Shown here piece after piece: positions 1 through 6,450 of a DNA stretch of 15,251 bases. Source of the DNA: Tubiluchus corallicola (Eukaryota > Animalia > Priapulida); NCBI GenBank assembly GCA_030141605.1, contig JAQGDQ010002090.1:1-15251 (forward strand). Reading direction: 5' to 3'. The position numbers and the translations under genes were made by a program. Under the pieces are notes generated by a model that saw only the letters and a program-made list of their open reading frames with translations, was not told the origin of the DNA and searched no databases. The stretch's first letter is position 1. Every line of letters starts with the position of its first letter.

Positions 1-1070
1 CATCCAGATCCAATCACATTCAACTCTTAGGATCTACAGACAACCTAAGACGTCTAATCAAAGCTCGCCCAGAACAATCTCAAACATCTGCACAGGTAAA
101 GTCGACAGAGAAATCTCAAATATCTAATCACAAGACTTGCGCAAGCAGGGCAATGTTAAGCACCCTGAATAGAGGCATACACAGTCAGCCTCAATTAGCT
201 TGTCAGCACGCACGCACGGCCAAACGCAAGCGCCTTGTAGGAAAAGTGCTATTGTCAATCTCAGGTATTTGATCAAAGAAAATCTGCAGGGAAGCAATTA
301 TATAGTAAGGTTACATGGATTCAGGCAAGTTTGGTAAAAGACACCTACAAGCAATCTACTAATACCACAGGTCTGAAGACACCTTCATCCATTCCAAAAC
401 ATCTAGTTAAAACGTAAAGACAAACTTAAACGTCTCATCTGATCTCAACTAGTCAAACTGAAAAATCTGGACAGATGCAGTCTACTGTTAGGTTCAGGCA
501 TCTGGTCAAAAGACTTCTACCGGCAATTTTAAGCATCTCAATAGAGACATTGCGCAGATAACCTATTTATCTACAGCTATCTAGCAAGAGAACGCCTACG
601 GACAATCTTAGGCATCTACAACAGAAGATGTCTACAAGCATTCTGAAACATCTGCTTAACAATCTGTCAGAGGGCATCCACATCCAATTACATTCATCTG
701 TTAGGATCTACAGACAACTTAAGACGTCTAATCAGAGGTCGTTTTAGAACAATCTCAAACATCTGCACAGGTGAAATCGATAGCCAATCAAAAGGCTTCC
801 ACAAGCAGGGTAATGTTAAGCACCTGAATAGAGGCATACACAGACTGCCTCAATTAGCTTGTCAGAACGCATGCATGGTCAACCGCAAGCATCTGGTCGG
901 AAAAGTTCTATTGTCAATGTCAGGTACCTGATCAAAAGAAATCTGCTGGGAACTCAATATATAGTAAGGTGACAAAGATTCGGGCAAGCTTGGTAAAACG
1001 GCACCTACATGCAAACTAAAACATTTACTGTTACTACAGGTCCGAAGACACGTTCATCCATTCCAAATCA

Positions 1071-1693
1071 TCTAGTAAAACCTAAAGACAAACTTAAACG
1101 TCTAGGCAGAACTCAACTAGTCAAACTGAAGAATCTGGATAGATGCAGTCTACTGCTAGCTTGTCAGAAGACACGCACGGCCAAACGCAAACATCTGGTA
1201 GGAAAAGTTCAAATTGCCAATCTCATGTACCTCTGGTCAGAATAAAGTAATTATATAGTAAGGTTACATGGATTCATTCAAGTTTGGTAAAAAGTCACCT
1301 ACATGCAATCTAAAATATTCAGTGATACCACTGGTCCGAAGACACCTTCATCCATTCCAACTCCTCTAGTAAAACCTAAAGACAAACTTAAACGTCTAGG
1401 CAGAACTCAACTAGTCAAACTGAAGAATCTGGATAGATGCAGTCTACTGCTAGCTTGTCAGAAGACACGCACGGCCAAACGCAAACATCTGGTAGGAAAA
1501 GTTCAAATTGCCAATCTCATGTACCTCTGGTCAGAATAAAGTAATTATATAGTAAGGTTACATGGATTCATTCAAGTTTGGTAAAAAGTCATCTACATGC
1601 AATCTAAAATATTCAGTGATACCACTGGTCCGAAGACACCTTCATCCATTCCAACTCCTCTAGTAAAACCTAAAGACAAACTTAAACGTCTAG
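1071..1693 (+). repeat. Local near-perfect 294-bp tandem duplication (extra A4 unit)
   Basis: ORF starts at 1009, 1303 and 1597 are spaced by exactly 294 bp. Positions 1071-1399 match 1365-1693 nearly base for base. The sister block at 4240-4919 lacks the extra unit. Confidence 0.9.
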
Positions 1694-1710
1694 ACAGAAC
1701 TCAACTAGAA

Positions 1711-1885
1711 CAACCTCAAACATCTGGCCAGATGAAATCGACTGCCAATCTCAAATATCTGATCAAAAGACTTCTACAAGCAATTTTAAACATCTCAATA
1801 GAGTCATTGCTCAGATAACCTAAACTATCTTGTCAGAAGGCACGCACGGCCAAACTCAAGCATCTGGTAGGAAAAGTTCAATTGC
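1711..1885 (+). repeat. Five consecutive degenerate 35-bp subunits, the clearest view of the basic repeat
   Basis: CAACCTCAAACATCTGGCCAGATGAAATCGACTGC / CAATCTCAAATATCTGATCAAAAGACTTCTACAAG / CAATTTTAAACATCTCAATAGAGTCATTGCTCAGA / TAACCTAAACTATCTTGTCAGAAGGCACGCACGGC / CAAACTCAAGCATCTGGTAGGAAAAGTTCAATTGC. Each is exactly 35 nt, with YAA at the start and ATCT at positions 12-15. Confidence 0.88.
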
Positions 1886-2256
1886 CAATCTCATGTACCT
1901 CTGGTTAGAAAGAAACTACAACCAACTTCACCACCTGAGGAGAAGACATCTACTGGCACATCCACAACCATCTAGCAAGAGAACGCCTACGGACATTGTC
2001 AGCCATCTACAGAAGATGTCTACAAGCAATCTGAAACATCTGTTTAACAATCTAGTCAGAGAGCATCCAGATCCAATCACATTCAACTCTTAGGATCTAC
2101 AGACAACCTAAGACGTCTAATCAAAGCTCGTCTAGAACAATCTCAAACATCTGCACAGGTGAAGTCAACAGCCAATCTCAAGTATCTAATCAGAAGACTT
2201 CCACAAGCAGGGCAATGTTAAGCACCCTGAATAGAGGCATACACAGTCAGCCTCAA
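1826..2256 (+). repeat. Family B monomer variant B3 (~431 bp)
   Basis: Diagnostic GCACATCCACAACCATCTAGC and the head CTATCTTGTCAGAAGG. Near-identical copies at 1826, 4920 and 8811, which generate the three 87-aa ORFs. Confidence 0.88.
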
Positions 2257-2639
2257 TTAGCTTGTCAGAACGCACGCACGGCCAAACGCAAGCACCTTGT
2301 AGGAAAAGTGCTATTATCAATCTCAGGTACCTGATCAAAAGAAATCTGCAGGGAACTAATTATATAGTAAGGTGACATTGATTCACCCAAGCTTGGTAAA
2401 ACGGCACCTACACGTAATCTAAAACATTCACTGATACCACAGGTCTGAAGACACTTTCATTCATTCCAAAATATCTAGTTAAAACCTAAAGACAAAATTA
2501 AACGTCTCATCTGATCTCAACTAGTCAAACTGAAAAATCTGGACAGATGCAGTCTACTGCTAGGTTCAGTCATCTGGTCAAAAGACTTCTACCGGCAATT
2601 TTAAGCATCTCAATAGAGACATTGCGTAGATAACCTAAA
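2257..2639 (+). repeat. Representative full-length family A monomer (variant A2, ~383 bp, about 11 x 35-bp subunits)
   Basis: Bounded by successive TTAGCTT heads at 2257 and 2640. It carries the family A markers TATATAGTAAGG, CCAAGCTTGG, CAACTAGTCAAACTG and GATAACCT. A2 also occurs at 5351 and 9242. The same body occurs in A5 (5731, 7328, 8468, 9622, 10344, 13436) and A6 (6073, 9964, 13778). Confidence 0.9.
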
Positions 2640-3073
2640 TTAGCTTATCAGAAGGGTCGCACGGCTAAATGCAAGCACGTGGCAGGAAAAGTTCAATTCC
2701 CAATCTCATGTACTTCTGGTCAGAAAGAATCTACAACCATCTTCACCACCTGATGAGAAGACATCTACTGGCAAATCTACAAGCATCTAGCAAGAGAACG
2801 CCTTCGGACTATCTCAGCCATCTACAGAAGACGCCTACAAGCAATCTGAAACACTCTGCTTAACAATCTAGTCAGAGGGCATCCAGATCCAATCACATTC
2901 AACTCTTAGGATCTACAGACAACCTAAGACGTCTAATCAGAGCTCGCCCAGAACAATCACAAACATCTGCACAGGTAAAGTCGACAGAGAAATCTCAAAT
3001 ATCTAATCACAAGACTTGCGCAAGCAGGGCAATGTTAAGCACCCTGAATAGAGGCATACACAGTCAGCCTCAA

Positions 3074-3446
3074 TTAGCTTGTCAGCACGCACGCACGGCC
3101 AAACGCAAGCGCCTTGTAGGAAAAGTGCTATTGTCAATCTCAGGTATTTGATCAAAGAAAATCTGCAGGGAAGCAATTATATAGTAAGGTTACATGGATT
3201 CAGGCAAGTTTGGTAAAAGACACCTACAAGCAATCTACTAATACCTCAGGTCTGAAGACACCTTCATCCATTCCAAAACATCTAGTTAAAACGTAAAGAC
3301 AAACTTAAACGTCTCATCTGATCTCAACTAGTCAAACTGAAAAATCTGGACAGATGCAGTCTACTGCTAGGTTCAGTCATCTGGTCAAAAGACTTCTACC
3401 GGCAATTTTAAGCATCTCAATAGAGACATTGCGTAGATAACCTAAA
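3074..3446 (+). repeat. Family A monomer variant A1 (~373 bp)
   Basis: Diagnostic GGTTACATGGATTCAGGCAAGTTTGG and a ~10-bp shorter CAAGCAATCTACTAATACC segment. Copies start at 195, 3074, 3447, 8098, 11453, 12261, 13066 and 14595. Confidence 0.9.
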
Positions 3447-3819
3447 TTAGCTTATCAGAAGGGACGCACGGCTAAATGCAAGCACCTGACAGGAAAAGTG
3501 CTATTGTCAATCTCAGGTATTTGATCAAAGAAAATCTGCAGGGAAGCAATTATATAGTAAGGTTACATGGATTCAGGCAAGTTTGGTAAAAGACACCTAC
3601 AAGCAATCTACTAATACCTCAGGTCTGAAGACACCTTCATCCATTCCAAAACATCTAGTTAAAACCTAAAGACAAACTTAAACGTCTCATCTGATCTCAA
3701 CTAGTCAAACTGAAAAATCTGGACAGATGCAGTCTACTGCTAGGTTCAGTCATCTGGTCAAAAGACTTCTACCGGCAATTTTAAGCATCTCAATAGAGAC
3801 ATTGCGTAGATAACCTAAA

Positions 3820-4239
3820 TTAGCTTATCAGAAGGGACGCACGGCTAAATGCAAGCACGTGGCAGGAAAAGTTCAATTCCCAATCTCATGTACTTCTGCT
3901 CAGAAAGAAACTACAACCAACTTCACCACCTGATGAGAAGACATCTACTGATTTATCTACAGCTATCTAGCAAGAGAACGCCTACGGACAATCTTAGGCA
4001 TCTACAACAGAAGATGTCTACAAGCATTCTGAAACATCTGCTTAACAATCTGTCAGAGGGCATCCACATCCAATTACATTCATCTGTTAGGATCTACAGA
4101 CAACTTAAGACGTCTAATAAGAGGTCGTTTTAGAACAATCTCAAACATCTGCACAGGTGAAATCGATAGCCAATCAAAAGGCTTCCACAAGCAGGGTAAT
4201 GTTAAGCACCTGAATACAGGCATACACAGACTGCCTCAA
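3820..4239 (+). repeat. Family B monomer variant B2 (~420 bp)
   Basis: Diagnostic ATTTATCTACAGCTATCTAGC and a 14-bp internal deletion giving ATCGATAGCCAATCAAAAGG. Copies at 3820 and 6456, plus a headless copy at 565. Confidence 0.88.
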
Positions 4240-5600
4240 TTAGCTTGTCAGAACGCATGCATGGTCAACCGCAAGCATCTGGTCGGAAAAGTTCTATTGT
4301 CAATGTCAGGTACCTGATCAAAAGAAATCTGCTGGGAACTCAATATATAGTAAGGTGACAAAGATTCGGGCAAGCTTGGTAAAACGGCACCTACATGCAA
4401 ACTAAAACATTTACTGTTACTACAGGTCCGAAGACACGTTCTCATCCATTCCAAATCATCTAGTAAAACCTAAAGACAAACTTAAACGTCTAGGCAGAAC
4501 TCAACTAGTCAAACTGAAGAATCTGGCTAGATGCAGTCTACTGCTAGCTTGTCAGAAGACACGCACGGCCAAACGCAAACATCTGGTAGGAAAAGTTCAA
4601 ATTGCCAATCTCATGTACCTCTGGTCAGAATAAAGTAATTACATAGTAAGGTTACATGGATTCATTCAAGTTTGGTAAAAAGTCACCTACATGCAATCTA
4701 AAATATTCAGTGATACCACTGGTCCGAAGACACCTTCATCCATTCCAACTCCTCTAGTAAAACCTAAAGACAAACTTAAACGTCTAGACAGAACTCAACT
4801 AGAACAACCTCAAACATCTGGCCAGATGAAATCGACTGCCAATCTCAAATATCTGATCAAAAGACTTCTACAAGCAATTTTAAACATCTCAATAGAGTCA
4901 TTGCTCAGATAACCTAAACTATCTTGTCAGAAGGCACGCACGGCCAAACTCAAGCATCTGGTAGGAAAAGTTCAATTGCCAATCTCATGTACCTCTGGTT
5001 AGAAAGAAACTACAACCAACTTCACCACCTGAGGAGAAGACATCTACTGGCACATCCACAACCATCTAGCAAGAGAACGCCTACGGACATTGTCAGCCAT
5101 CTACAGAAGATGTCTACAAGCAATCTGAAACATCTGTTTAACAATCTAGTCAGAGAGCATCCAGATCCAATCACATTCAACTCTTAGGATCTACAGACAA
5201 CCTAAGACGTCTAATCAAAGCTCGTCTAGAACAATCTCAAACATCTGCACAGGTGAAGTCAACAGCCAATCTCAAGTATCTAATCAGAAGACTTCCACAA
5301 GCAGGGCAATGTTAAGCACCCTGAATAGAGGCATACACAGTCAGCCTCAATTAGCTTGTCAGAACGCACGCACGGCCAAACGCAAGCACCTTGTAGGAAA
5401 AGTGCTATTATCAATCTCAGGTACCTGATCAAAAGAAATCTGCGGGGAACAAATTATATAGTAAGGTGACATTGATTCACCCAAGCTTGGTAAAACGGCA
5501 CCTACACGTAATCTAAAACATTCACTGATACCACAGGTCTGAAGACACCTTCATTCATTCCAAAACATCTAGTTAAAACCTAAAGACAAAATTAAACGTC
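3820..5600 (+). repeat. Higher-order block B2-A3-A4'-B3-A2, also at ~565-2500 and partially at 6456-7270
   Basis: Offsets of 3094 bp (ORF 1597 vs 4691, 1830 vs 4924) and 2636 bp (ORF 3849 vs 6485), with the same diagnostic variants in the same order. Confidence 0.88.
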
Positions 5601-6450
5601 TCATCTGAACTCAACTAGTCAAACTGAAAAATCTGGGCAGATGCAGTCTACTGCTAGGTTCACTCATCTAGTCAAAAGACTTCTACCGGCAATTTTAAGC
5701 ATCTCAATAGAGACATTGCGCAGATAACCTTGTAGGAAAAGTTCTATTGTCAATCTTAGGTACCTACTCAAAAGAAATCTACAGGGAACTCATTATATAG
5801 TAAGGTGACATTGATTCACCCAAGCTTGGTAAAACGGCACCTACACGTAATCTAAAACATTCACTGATACCACAGGTCTGAAGACACCTTCATCAATTCC
5901 AAAACATCTAGTTAAAACGTAAAGACAAACTTAAACGTCTCATCTGAACTCAACTAGTCAAACTGAAAAATCTGGACAGATGCAGTCTACTGTTAGGTTC
6001 AGGCATCTGGTCAAAAGACTTCTACCGGCAATTTTAAGCATCTCAATAGAGACATTGCGCAGATAACCTAATTTAGCTTATCAGAAGGCACGCACGGCTA
6101 AACGCAAACACCTGGCAGGAAAAGTTCAATTTTCAATTTCATATGCCTGATCAAAAGAAATCTGCGGGGAAGCAATTATATAGTAAGGTGACATTGATTC
6201 ACCCAAGCTTGGTAAAACGGCACCTACACGTAATCTAAAACATTCACTGATACCACAGGTCTGAAGACACCTTCATCCATTCCAAAACATCTAGTTAAAA
6301 CGTAAAGACAAACTTAAACGTCTCATCTGATCTCAACTAGTCAAACTGAAAAATCTGGACAGATGCAGTCTACTGCTAGGTTCAGTCATCTGGTCAAAAG
6401 ACTTCTACCGGCAATTTTAAGCATCTCAATAGAGACATTGCGTAGATAAC
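4920..6450 (+). repeat. Higher-order block B3-A2-A5-A6 (~1.5 kb), duplicated at 8811-10343
   Basis: Constant 3891-bp offset (ORF 4924 vs 8815, A2 5351 vs 9242, A5 5731 vs 9622, A6 6073 vs 9964). The A5-A6 part recurs again at 13436-14160. Confidence 0.88.

Noticed and set aside
1009-1818. ORFs 1009-1245, 1303-1539, 1597-1818 (and copies at 4691, 7031) as a tandem small-protein family
   Set aside because: They are 73-78 aa with no recognisable domain and cross monomer junctions. The homologous copy at ~4395-4630 is frameshifted by a 2-bp insertion at ~4441, and other A variants lack the ATG or contain stops. The underlying 35-bp period is not codon-compatible.
1711-1885. CRISPR array (35-bp units are repeat-sized)
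   Set aside because: There is no alternation of identical repeats with unique spacers. Units abut directly, are degenerate and recur in larger blocks, and no cas genes are present.
1830-2093. B-monomer ORFs (1830, 2669, 3849, 4924, 6485, 8815, 12663, 14997) with a shared His/Leu-rich motif
   Set aside because: The similarity simply reflects DNA repeat identity. Starts and stops differ between variants (64, 87, 94 aa), several B copies lack the start codon, and the H/L/Q/K/N bias follows from CATCT/CAA-rich DNA.
2371-2402. Resemblance of GGTGACATTGATTCACCCAAGCTTGGTAAAAC to nematode SL1 spliced leader plus donor (GGTTTAATTACCCAAGTTTGAG/GT), suggesting an SL RNA gene array
   Set aside because: The match is partial, lacks the AG before GT and is not conserved in A1, A3 or A4. 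No proper Sm site (RAU4-6GR) follows at a suitable distance. An Infernal/Rfam search would settle it.
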